Virus record (IMG/VR): IMGVR_UViG_3300033498_000015
Span: 1-25,111 of that record
DNA: 25,111 nt
Source: a virus
Lineage: Duplodnaviria; Caudoviricetes
Strand: one strand, 5' to 3'
Part shown: one piece after another, positions 1-7,345 of the stretch
Position numbering within the stretch: position 1 is the first letter of the stretch
Layout of the letters: every line of letters starts with the position of its first letter
Notes under the pieces: generated by a model
What the model saw: only the letters and a program-made list of their open reading frames with translations
Told to the model about the DNA's origin: nothing
Database searches by the model: none
Translations under genes and position numbers: made by a program

Positions 1-18
1 TGCTATTGCGTTGCGATT

Positions 19-150
19 GATCCAGTCCATGCCATGCGATCCGTGCCAAGGATAGCGATCCGATCCAAGCCATGCGATCCGTGCCAAGGATAGCGATCCG
101 ATCCAAGCCATGCGATCCGTGCCAAGGATAGCGATCCATTCCATGCCATG
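19..150. repeat. GC-rich tandem repeat, 38-bp unit (about 3.5 copies) built from 19-bp sub-units and 5-bp monomers
   Basis: gccatgcgatccgtgccaaggatagcgatccgatccaa at 31-68 and 69-106 (identical); third copy 107-144 differs only within its last 7 nt; gatcc recurs every 19 bp (19,38,57,76,95,114,133). Confidence 0.97.
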
Positions 151-151
151 A

Positions 152-170
152 GGGGTGGGGGGTGGATGGG
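152..170 (+). other. G-run cluster (GGGG-T-GGGGGG-T-GG-AT-GGG), potential G-quadruplex
   Basis: Read directly; four G tracts within 19 nt in an otherwise AT-rich genome. Confidence 0.45.
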
Positions 171-486
171 AAAGAGGCTACGTGGTTCAGGTGATCCCCC
201 TATGGGATAACACCGTGCTCGATAGCCACTCAACAGACTCACAAGACTACACCAACGCACAAAATTATATTGATTACACAGCTATATAGTTAATACGGCT
301 AATATGCTTACACAGAACAGAGATGAGTGCTAATGATTCTATAGAATACAACCGCATTTCTATGTACGACTAGTAGCATTAATAATAAAAAATGATTGAA
401 GCATTACATATCGCCACGGGGGTAGTACCGAAAAAGGGGGCGGGGATAATGTAAAACGATTGATTATTTTTTACAACCAGAACTTC

Positions 487-514
487 TTGACATAACGGGG
501 GTAAAACGTATAAT
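487..514 (+). promoter_or_regulatory. Sigma70-type promoter for terS
   Basis: Perfect TTGACA (487-492), 16 bp, perfect TATAAT (509-514); 37 nt upstream of the ATG at 552. Confidence 0.85.
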
Positions 515-551
515 TAAATATAGAAATATAAATAAAAACGGTTGATTAAAT

Positions 552-1178
552 ATGAATAAAACAAATACAACAAATACCAATTCATTTATAGAGGGTGAAA
601 TACCGGAGAGTGTTGAGACAGAGTCTCACAACACCGATGAATTAATACCATTCAATCAATCTTATGATCTTCAACTTAGTATTGGAACAAAGCTGACGAA
701 CAAACAAGAGCATTTCGCTATGTTGATCGCTCAAGGTGAAGATGACTATAAAGCTTATAAGATTGCGTATAACCGAATCAGTGATAAAGATGCAACACTA
801 CGCAGCAATGCTTATAAAGTGAAGCAGATTGATGGTGTTTCTAAAGCAATACAGTTCTATAAAGAGCTGTTTATTAAAGAAGCAGTACGTCAATACGAAT
901 ATAACAACGAGATGGCGTTTAAAGAGATTGATGAAATTAAATATAAGGCATCTCAAAAAGGGAATCTTAAAGTAGAGCTGGCTTGTGTTCAAGAAAAAGT
1001 AAAGATTGCTGGTCTTGTTACCCGTAAGGTTGAGAACGTAGTGTCAGATAAATCAATGGATTTAATTAATCTTCAATTAAAAGAATTGATGGAGAAAATC
1101 CCTCAAAATGAATTGAAAAAGCTGCTTGGTAAAGACGTGATTGATGTAACACCAATAGACATAAGCCCTGCAGACTGA
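552..1178 (+). CDS. terS: Terminase small subunit
   Basis: LTNKQEHFAMLIAQG...AYKIAY matches the LTxKQxxF..G..AY..AY N-terminal HTH pattern of small terminases; helical middle region; position upstream of terL. Confidence 0.8.
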   Translation: MNKTNTTNTNSFIEGEIPESVETESHNTDELIPFNQSYDLQLSIGTKLTNKQEHFAMLIAQGEDDYKAYKIAYNRISDKDATLRSNAYKVKQIDGVSKAIQFYKELFIKEAVRQYEYNNEMAFKEIDEIKYKASQKGNLKVELACVQEKVKIAGLVTRKVENVVSDKSMDLINLQLKELMEKIPQNELKKLLGKDVIDVTPIDISPAD

Positions 1179-1193
1179 ATGTAACGTTACATT
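1178..1193. promoter_or_regulatory. Perfect 16-bp palindrome AATGTAACGTTACATT, candidate operator
   Basis: Exact inverted repeat with no loop, intergenic, about 30 bp upstream of the predicted protease promoter. Confidence 0.5.
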
Positions 1194-1222
1194 TTATAAT
1201 ATAACTAATATGTAAACGGATA

Positions 1223-1251
1223 TTGTTTTAATCTTTTGTATTTGGTATTCT
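1223..1251 (+). promoter_or_regulatory. Putative extended -10 promoter for the protease cassette
   Basis: TTGTTT (1223-1228), 17 bp, TATTCT (1246-1251) with TG at 1243-1244; the 14-mer TATTTGGTATTCTA recurs exactly in the promoter at 8532-8545. Confidence 0.55.
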
Positions 1252-1285
1252 ACATTTATATTACTATAAATTGGAGTATCGAATA

Positions 1286-2041
1286 ATGACTCAACGTGTA
1301 TACGCTTGGATTCCTGATGTATCTGATCATCGGGATTTATATTTCTCATCTTCTTCTACTAGAGGATTGAAGCTTCCAGATCACGTCTCTCCGCTAGGAA
1401 CAGAAAATCCAATAGAGGACCAGGGGCAACTTGGATCGTGTACTGGTCAGGCTTCTACATCAGCACTAGAGATCGTATTAGATTGCGATCCATTATCAAG
1501 ACTCTTTGCATACTACAACGCTAGAGTTATCGAAGACACCGTAGACATTGACGCTGGTGCAATGATTAGAGATGTCATCAAGGGTTTTATAAAGCACGGT
1601 TGTTGCAATGAATCTTCATGGGAGTATGACGCTTCTAAATTTGCTACTAAACCGATTGATTATTGCTATGAGGAGTCGCAAAACGTCATTCCAAAGATCA
1701 ACAGATACGAACGCATTACCACGCTTAAAGATGTTAAGTTTGCTATAAGCCAGGGTCTTCCAGTAATATTTGGATTCGCAGTACCAGAATATTTTGAGAC
1801 GGAAGATTACTCGGATTGGCATGTATTACGTTTACCATTAATGACAGACGCTATTGTTGGTGGGCATGCAGTAATTGCTGTTGGGTACGATGATCGAATT
1901 AAAGATAATAAATTTGTTTGGGTAAAGAATTCATGGGGTACTAGTTGGGGTGAGAACGGATACTTCAAGATGGATCAGAATTGGTTTACGGATCAGCGAC
2001 GTCTAGTAGATGATATGTGGGTTATACATCCAAATAAATAA
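1286..2041 (+). CDS. Papain-like cysteine protease (peptidase family C1A, xylellain-like), 251 aa
   Basis: Oxyanion Gln and catalytic Cys in DQGQLGSC (Cys codon 1439-1441), His in GGHAVIAVGYD, Asn in KNSWGTSWGENGY; short N-terminal YAWIPDVSDHRD segment like bacterial C1A enzymes; no signal peptide apparent. Start moved to ATG 1286 because GGAG lies at 1273-1276. Confidence 0.95.
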   Translation: MTQRVYAWIPDVSDHRDLYFSSSSTRGLKLPDHVSPLGTENPIEDQGQLGSCTGQASTSALEIVLDCDPLSRLFAYYNARVIEDTVDIDAGAMIRDVIKGFIKHGCCNESSWEYDASKFATKPIDYCYEESQNVIPKINRYERITTLKDVKFAISQGLPVIFGFAVPEYFETEDYSDWHVLRLPLMTDAIVGGHAVIAVGYDDRIKDNKFVWVKNSWGTSWGENGYFKMDQNWFTDQRRLVDDMWVIHPNK

Positions 2042-2053
2042 TTTGGGATTATC

Positions 2054-2173
2054 ATGGGAATTGGGAATTACGTTGATGCAATAACAGCATTATTTTATTT
2101 TATGGTAGTAATCCAATGTGTAATTGGTGCAGGTTTGATAATTTATGCTTTGTATAAGATTTTCAAAAGGTGA
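2054..2173 (+). CDS. Small single-pass membrane protein, 39 aa (not in ORF track)
   Basis: MGIGNYVDAITALFYFMVVIQCVIGAGLIIYALYKIFKR; GGGA at 2045-2048; long uncharged hydrophobic stretch followed by basic KIFKR; 12 nt after the protease stop. Confidence 0.65.
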   Translation: MGIGNYVDAITALFYFMVVIQCVIGAGLIIYALYKIFKR

Positions 2174-2191
2174 GCAATATATTATGATATA

Positions 2192-2219
2192 TTGACACTG
2201 TTAGTTTTTCATATATAAC
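2192..2219 (+). promoter_or_regulatory. Putative sigma70 promoter for terL
   Basis: TTGACA (2192-2197), 16 bp, TATAAC (2214-2219); AAGGA RBS at 2229-2233. Confidence 0.55.
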
Positions 2220-2238
2220 AATAATAATAAGGACTGAT

Positions 2239-3738
2239 ATGGATAATAAAGAGCTATTAGAATATGAAGACATCATAGACAAACTGCCTAAAGAGATGCG
2301 TTTGCAACTACATAAGTTGCTGGTGGAACGTGATGATTTGCTTGCTAAACAGAAACTGGAATATGACAGAAATGCACTGTCTAGATATGCACCAGTAACA
2401 AAACAATTTGAGTTCCATAAAGCGGGAAAGCTGTTTAAAGAACGTCTGTTTATGGCGGCGAATCAGATTGGAAAGAGTCGTTCAGGTGCGTATGAGATGG
2501 CTATGCACTTGACTGGGATCTATCCAGACTGGTGGGAAGGTCTACGTTTTGATCACGCCATTGTTGCAATGTGTGGATCTCCAACATTTGAAACGAACTG
2601 TAAAGGGATACAAAAAGAGTTGGTTGGTAACTCGGTTGATAGAAATACATGGGGTACTGCTGCTATACCTTTTGATTGCATTGTGGATTACACGATGGTA
2701 TCTGGAAGTGATGGTGCTATATCGTCTATGCTTGTTAAGCACATATCTGGTAAGAATTCGGTTTTAACATTCTCTTCTTACATTCAGGGTCGTGAAAAAT
2801 GGCAAGCTAACACCGTTCACTATATATGGTTTGATGAGGAACCTCCAGAGGATATATTCATGGAGGGATTAACAAGAACGAACAGACATAATGGTTCTAT
2901 TGCTATAACCTTTACTCCATTAATGGGGCGTTCTGCTGTTGTTAATCGTTTCTATGAAGAGCCTGTACCTGAATTGAGAAAGAGATGTACTACTATTCAA
3001 ATGGGTATACAAGACGCTACGTTTTATACTCAAGAAAGACGTAAAGAGATTTTATATCAGTATCCTCCACACGAGCGTCCAGCACGTGCACAAGGTATTC
3101 CAGTATTCGGATCTGGTCTAGTATTTCCAATAGATTTTGACGATGTGATTATGGAACCCATTAAGATTCCAAAACATTGGGCTGTATTGGGTGGGATTGA
3201 CTTTGGATGGGAACACCCAACAGGGGTTGTTAAGATTGCTTGGGATAGAGACACTGACACCATCTATGTAGTATGTAATTATAGAGATAACAAGAAGACT
3301 CCTATTTATGTGGCTCAGGCTGTTAAATCATGGGGAAAGATTGATTACGCATTTCCACACGATGGATTACAGCACGACAAGGGTTCTGGTGAGCAATTGG
3401 CAGAGCAATATAAAGCGGCTGGGGTTCGTATGCTTCCAGATAGAGCCACATTTGAAAATGGTTCTAACAGTGTTGAAGCAGGATTACTTGAAATGATTGA
3501 ACGATTTGAGACTGGAAGATTGAAAATATTTTCAAATTGTGTAGAATTAATAAAAGAGTTATCTCAATATCACAGAAAAGACGGAAAACTAGTAAAGCTT
3601 AATGATGATACTATTTGTGCATTACGTTACGCAATAATGATGAAGCGTTTTGCAACGGTTGAAAAGCCTATGGTTAAAAAGTATAAGGCAATGTATACTA
3701 GTATAAGCGATATTAACTCTGCACGTGCACGATTATAA
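2239..3738 (+). CDS. terL: Terminase large subunit (P22 gp2-like)
   Basis: Walker A FMAANQIGKS, Walker B YIWFDEEPP, coupling motif ITFTP, RNase H-like nuclease motifs GIDFGWEHP, FPHDG and NDDTICALRY; 499 aa. Confidence 0.96.
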   Translation: MDNKELLEYEDIIDKLPKEMRLQLHKLLVERDDLLAKQKLEYDRNALSRYAPVTKQFEFHKAGKLFKERLFMAANQIGKSRSGAYEMAMHLTGIYPDWWEGLRFDHAIVAMCGSPTFETNCKGIQKELVGNSVDRNTWGTAAIPFDCIVDYTMVSGSDGAISSMLVKHISGKNSVLTFSSYIQGREKWQANTVHYIWFDEEPPEDIFMEGLTRTNRHNGSIAITFTPLMGRSAVVNRFYEEPVPELRKRCTTIQMGIQDATFYTQERRKEILYQYPPHERPARAQGIPVFGSGLVFPIDFDDVIMEPIKIPKHWAVLGGIDFGWEHPTGVVKIAWDRDTDTIYVVCNYRDNKKTPIYVAQAVKSWGKIDYAFPHDGLQHDKGSGEQLAEQYKAAGVRMLPDRATFENGSNSVEAGLLEMIERFETGRLKIFSNCVELIKELSQYHRKDGKLVKLNDDTICALRYAIMMKRFATVEKPMVKKYKAMYTSISDINSARARL

Positions 3739-3756
3739 TAATTAATGGGAGATTTT

Positions 3757-5877
3757 ATGTCTAATGACAGAAAGATAGACGACGGAGATAAAACAAGAAG
3801 AAATTGGAATGGGTATCAATATGCCAAACAAATGGGGCATGACGAATACTGTAGAAAAGCAAAGAAATGCGATAATTATTTCCTAGGAAAGCAATTATCT
3901 GAAGAAGATAGAGCGTTTTTAATTGATTCTGGTAGACCTCCTTATGAGTTTAATTTAATTAAGCCTGCTATTAATACAGCAATCGCTTATCAAACCAATA
4001 ATAGAATGGAGCCAATATTAAAGCCAGCTGGTGGAAGGGCTGATTCTAGTCTTGCTGAACTTCATACAAAGGTTTTGAAATACGTTTTAAACAAGAACTC
4101 GTATCATAATAAAGAAACTCAGATATTTGCTGATGGGGTTATTATGCAGCGTGGATATCTTGAAGTGACATTAGACTTCAGCAACAATGACTATGGAGAT
4201 ATCTCCATTGATGTATTAGATCCATTAGATGTCATCCCTGATCCTAATGCTAAGTCGTATAACCCTAAAGATTGGGATGAAGTTACGATAACTCGTTTCT
4301 ATAGTCTTGACGATATAGAGCATTATTATGGTGCTGACAAACGTAAAGAAGTCGAAGAGATGGAGTATACGTATGGTGATTACAAGTTTGGTAGTGATGT
4401 AGATGAAGAGGAAAGAAATTCGTTTGCAACAGAGTTACGTGGAAGCTCTAAATCCTCATTGGATGAATGTTATGACGATGAAGTGGGGATCAAGCGTTAC
4501 AGAATTATTGATAAACAACGTTTTGTCAGAAAGATGACAGACTGTTTGATATATCCAAACGGGGATATTAAGACAGTAGAAGGAATAAGCCAAGAAAAGT
4601 TAATGGAATTAACCAGCTCTGGTGCAATGAAAACAAAACGTATGATGAAACGGGTTGAATGGACTGTTACAACAAAGAATGTGGTATTACGGGACATTAT
4701 CAGCCCATTTGATACCTTTACTGTTATCTTTTATGCACCATTATTTAGACGTGGTATTACTTCTGGAATGGTAGATGATGCAATTGATGCACAAGATATG
4801 TTCAACAAAGGCATTTCTACTCAAATGCATTTGGCTAATACTAATGCTAATGCTCCTTGGTTAATAGAAGATGAATCGTTAACCAATATGTCTATTGACG
4901 AATTTCAACAAATCGGTTCTAAACCAGGTCTAGTTGTGTCTTATAAACGTGGTGCAGAAGCTCCAAAACGTGCTTTACCAGGTCAAACGAATGGCGACAC
5001 AATGAATTTAATTGAGTTATCTAGACGTGCTGTTTATGACTCTACTATTCCTGAAAGTGCAAGAGGTGTGCAATCAAACGAGATATCTGGTGTGGCTATT
5101 CAAGCAAAACAGAATGCTGCACAGCAACAAATGGTAACAGCACTGGATTTATTGGCTCAAACACGCTCTATATTGGTTAAAAAGGTTCTTGAATTGGTTC
5201 AAAAATTCTATACCAATACACGTTTAATCAGAATTACTGAAATTGATCCACTAAATGGTAAAGAGATCGATTCTTTGGTAGAAGTAAATCAAGAAATGAG
5301 TGATGGAACAATTATTAATGACTTAACGGTTGGTGAATATGACATCATTATCAGTGAAACGCCATTGAAATCAACATTCGATGAAACGCAATTCGAACAA
5401 ATGATGAAAATGATTCAATATAACGTTGAAGTACCACCAGAATTTGTTATGTTGTCGTCTAGTCTTGCAAATAAATACGATATTGCTGATGCAATGAATA
5501 AACAGAAACAAAATCAACAACCAGATCCATTAGTAATGGCAAAGGTTAAAGAGATTGAGATGAAGTTAGAGTTGATGCAGACTGAGAAAGATCATATACG
5601 TGCTCAAACAACGGAAACAAACGTTAAAGCCTTATACGCTGGTGTTCAAACTGCTGGAACGATGCTACAAAATGCAATGATTGCTGATACTGCTGAAGAG
5701 ATTGCCATCAGCTCTGGATTTAAAGATTTAAATGCAGCTCCTATATTTAAGAATCCAGAAGGAATGGGAAATGCACCAATAATTCAGCCACAAAATGGTA
5801 ATACAAATCCAAGTTTACCAATGGTTCCGCAATCACCAGTAGCTGGTGCAATGTCGGGGATTGAAAATCCTAATTAA
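3757..5877 (+). CDS. Portal protein (P22/N4-type, long C-terminal helical extension)
   Basis: Follows terL; YFLGKQ...GRPPYEFNLIKPAIN, DVIPDPNA, SGVAIQAKQ and NDLTVGEYDII motifs typical of about 700-aa podoviral portals. ATG 3757 preferred over 3745 because GGGAG lies at 3747-3751. Confidence 0.92.
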   Translation: MSNDRKIDDGDKTRRNWNGYQYAKQMGHDEYCRKAKKCDNYFLGKQLSEEDRAFLIDSGRPPYEFNLIKPAINTAIAYQTNNRMEPILKPAGGRADSSLAELHTKVLKYVLNKNSYHNKETQIFADGVIMQRGYLEVTLDFSNNDYGDISIDVLDPLDVIPDPNAKSYNPKDWDEVTITRFYSLDDIEHYYGADKRKEVEEMEYTYGDYKFGSDVDEEERNSFATELRGSSKSSLDECYDDEVGIKRYRIIDKQRFVRKMTDCLIYPNGDIKTVEGISQEKLMELTSSGAMKTKRMMKRVEWTVTTKNVVLRDIISPFDTFTVIFYAPLFRRGITSGMVDDAIDAQDMFNKGISTQMHLANTNANAPWLIEDESLTNMSIDEFQQIGSKPGLVVSYKRGAEAPKRALPGQTNGDTMNLIELSRRAVYDSTIPESARGVQSNEISGVAIQAKQNAAQQQMVTALDLLAQTRSILVKKVLELVQKFYTNTRLIRITEIDPLNGKEIDSLVEVNQEMSDGTIINDLTVGEYDIIISETPLKSTFDETQFEQMMKMIQYNVEVPPEFVMLSSSLANKYDIADAMNKQKQNQQPDPLVMAKVKEIEMKLELMQTEKDHIRAQTTETNVKALYAGVQTAGTMLQNAMIADTAEEIAISSGFKDLNAAPIFKNPEGMGNAPIIQPQNGNTNPSLPMVPQSPVAGAMSGIENPN

Positions 5878-5888
5878 TATGTTATTAT
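5861..5888 (+). promoter_or_regulatory. Putative extended -10 promoter upstream of the small ORF and scaffold
   Basis: TTGAAA (5861-5866), 16 bp, TATTAT (5883-5888) with TG at 5880-5881. Confidence 0.45.
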
Positions 5889-5928
5889 ATATATAGTCAT
5901 CTAATTAAATAATAAATGGAGAAAATGC

Positions 5929-6057
5929 ATGGCAAAATGTACACCAAGTAAACCAGAGAAAATGGAACGTTCTGAACCAAAGAAAGAAGTTAGAAATACG
6001 GTTCCAGAAAAGAAAGAATACAAGCAAATGTTATCTATTCTTCCAAAGAAAAAATAA
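5929..6057 (+). CDS. Small Lys/Glu/Pro-rich protein, 42 aa (not in ORF track)
   Basis: MAKCTPSKPEKMERSEPKKEVRNTVPEKKEYKQMLSILPKKK; GGAG at 5918-5921, 7 nt before the ATG; fills the portal-scaffold gap. Confidence 0.65.
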   Translation: MAKCTPSKPEKMERSEPKKEVRNTVPEKKEYKQMLSILPKKK

Positions 6058-6092
6058 TCAACATATAAAATAATAACAATAAGGAAAAATAT

Positions 6093-7085
6093 ATGTCAAC
6101 CGAAGACCTATTAGCCAAAGGATTTACTGATGAAGAGTTAGATGATACCTCTAAATCAAGCCACAAGAATCCTGATAATTTCAAGCCAACAAAAGACGAA
6201 CCAAAGAAAGAAAATGATCCTGTAGTAGACGAATCAGTAAAGCCAGTAGATGAACTTGTAGGTGCTGATGAAGCTGTTACAGATGAAGCAGATGACGAAA
6301 AAGAAGTTGCTGAAGACGACGAAGTCGCAGAAAAACCAGTAAAAAAGAAGCCTGATGTTGTTCCAGCATCTCGTTTTTCAAAAGTGAATCACGAAAAAAA
6401 TGCTTTAAAAGAGCGTGTTGCTGAATTAGAAGCACTGGTTGCAAAATCAGAAAATAAAGTTCCAGAAAAAGAAAAGACAACAGATGCACAAACTGACAAA
6501 TTCAGTAACTTTGATATTGATACAAAAGAATCAGAATTAGATGACGCTGTATTGCTTGGTGACTCTGCAAAAGCAAAAGCATTACGTAAAGAGATTAGAG
6601 AGTTCGATCAATATAATGCAAAGAAGATTGCTAGAGAAGAAGCAATGGCTATTGAGACCAGTAGAACACAAGCAAGTATGGTTGCAGACTTAAATAAGAC
6701 GGTTGCAGTGATCGTGAAAGAGCATCCAGAACTTGACAGTAATGGTGATGACTTTGACGAAGAACTCTTTGATGATGTAATGACTTTTAGAGATAAATAT
6801 ATCAATAAAGGTATGACGTATTCTGATGCTTTGTTAAAAGCAGTTGCAAAAGTGATTCCAACAAGTCAACCAGCACCAGTAAAGAAATTAGAAAATGGTC
6901 CTAGAAGTGCAGCAGCTCTTGCTAAAGCAGCAGAAATAGCAGCTACCATTCCTCCAAGAACAGCAAGTGGTGGTATTGGATCAAAAGTAGCAGTAAATAA
7001 AGTAGATGTTTCTAAACTCAGTCAAGAAGAATATGAAGCATTACCTGATGAAGAACGAAGAAAATTGAGAATGGGAAAGAAATAA
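6093..7085 (+). CDS. Capsid scaffolding protein
   Basis: Between portal and capsid; acidic disordered N-terminus, VPASRFSKVN followed by coiled coil, C-terminal DVSKLSQEEYEALPDEERRKLR helix-turn-helix typical of coat-binding scaffold tails. Confidence 0.85.
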   Translation: MSTEDLLAKGFTDEELDDTSKSSHKNPDNFKPTKDEPKKENDPVVDESVKPVDELVGADEAVTDEADDEKEVAEDDEVAEKPVKKKPDVVPASRFSKVNHEKNALKERVAELEALVAKSENKVPEKEKTTDAQTDKFSNFDIDTKESELDDAVLLGDSAKAKALRKEIREFDQYNAKKIAREEAMAIETSRTQASMVADLNKTVAVIVKEHPELDSNGDDFDEELFDDVMTFRDKYINKGMTYSDALLKAVAKVIPTSQPAPVKKLENGPRSAAALAKAAEIAATIPPRTASGGIGSKVAVNKVDVSKLSQEEYEALPDEERRKLRMGKK

Positions 7086-7102
7086 TCCAAATAAAACAAA
7101 AG

Positions 7103-7126
7103 AAACCCGCATTTAGCGGGTTTTTT
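7103..7126 (+). terminator. Intrinsic terminator after the scaffold gene
   Basis: AAACCCGC-ATTTA-GCGGGTTT stem-loop running into T6. Confidence 0.85.
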
Positions 7127-7159
7127 GTTAAATAAATCAAAATAATTTACATTATGCTG

Positions 7160-7200
7160 TTGACACGAAATATTGACATGTGATATTTTGTTTATAGTGT
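7160..7200 (+). promoter_or_regulatory. Two overlapping sigma70-type promoters for the capsid gene
   Basis: TTGACA at 7160-7165 (18 bp to TGn-TATTTT, -10 at 7184-7189) and TTGACA at 7173-7178 (16 bp to TAGTGT at 7195-7200). Confidence 0.65.
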
Positions 7201-7345
7201 CTGAATCACTGTAAAAATCTGTTATAGCCTGTATGCGGCGTTATTGTATACAAGGGTCACTCCTATAAAGTGTTTTACCGACGTTCACGGGTTAAATGAA
7301 TATTTAAATGAATTTTAGTCTATACACAATTAGGAGATATATAAA
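7196..7345 (+). ncRNA. Structured 5' leader of capsid mRNA with tandem H-type pseudoknots (putative cis-regulatory RNA)
   Basis: Three clear units (7227-7252, 7253-7272, 7278-7301) plus one degenerate unit (7196-7220), each a short stem with a 6-7 nt loop that pairs downstream after an A/T-rich linker; predicted by manual pairing only. Confidence 0.6.

Noticed and set aside
19-150. CRISPR or mini-CRISPR array
   Set aside because: Units are contiguous with only a 7-nt variable part (two identical); no unique spacers and no cas genes in the window.
3-260. 85-aa minus-strand ORF
   Set aside because: Runs through the non-triplet repeat and G tracts, no clear RBS, opposite to all real genes; likely a by-product of GC-rich repeat sequence.
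326-380. 12-bp palindrome ATTCTATAGAAT (336-347) and loose surrounding hairpin as an ncRNA
   Set aside because: AT-rich short stems with large internal loops; not distinguishable from chance without homologues.
3601-3630. TerL nuclease motif NDDTICALRY lacking the later Asp as a sign of inactivation
   Set aside because: That position varies among P22-like terminases and the other acidic motifs are intact.
7196-7301. Known preQ1-I riboswitch or HDV-like ribozyme
   Set aside because: Stems are shorter than preQ1-I P1 and I could not identify its conserved loop residues or the nested double-pseudoknot core of HDV-like ribozymes; a covariance-model search is needed to exclude these formally.
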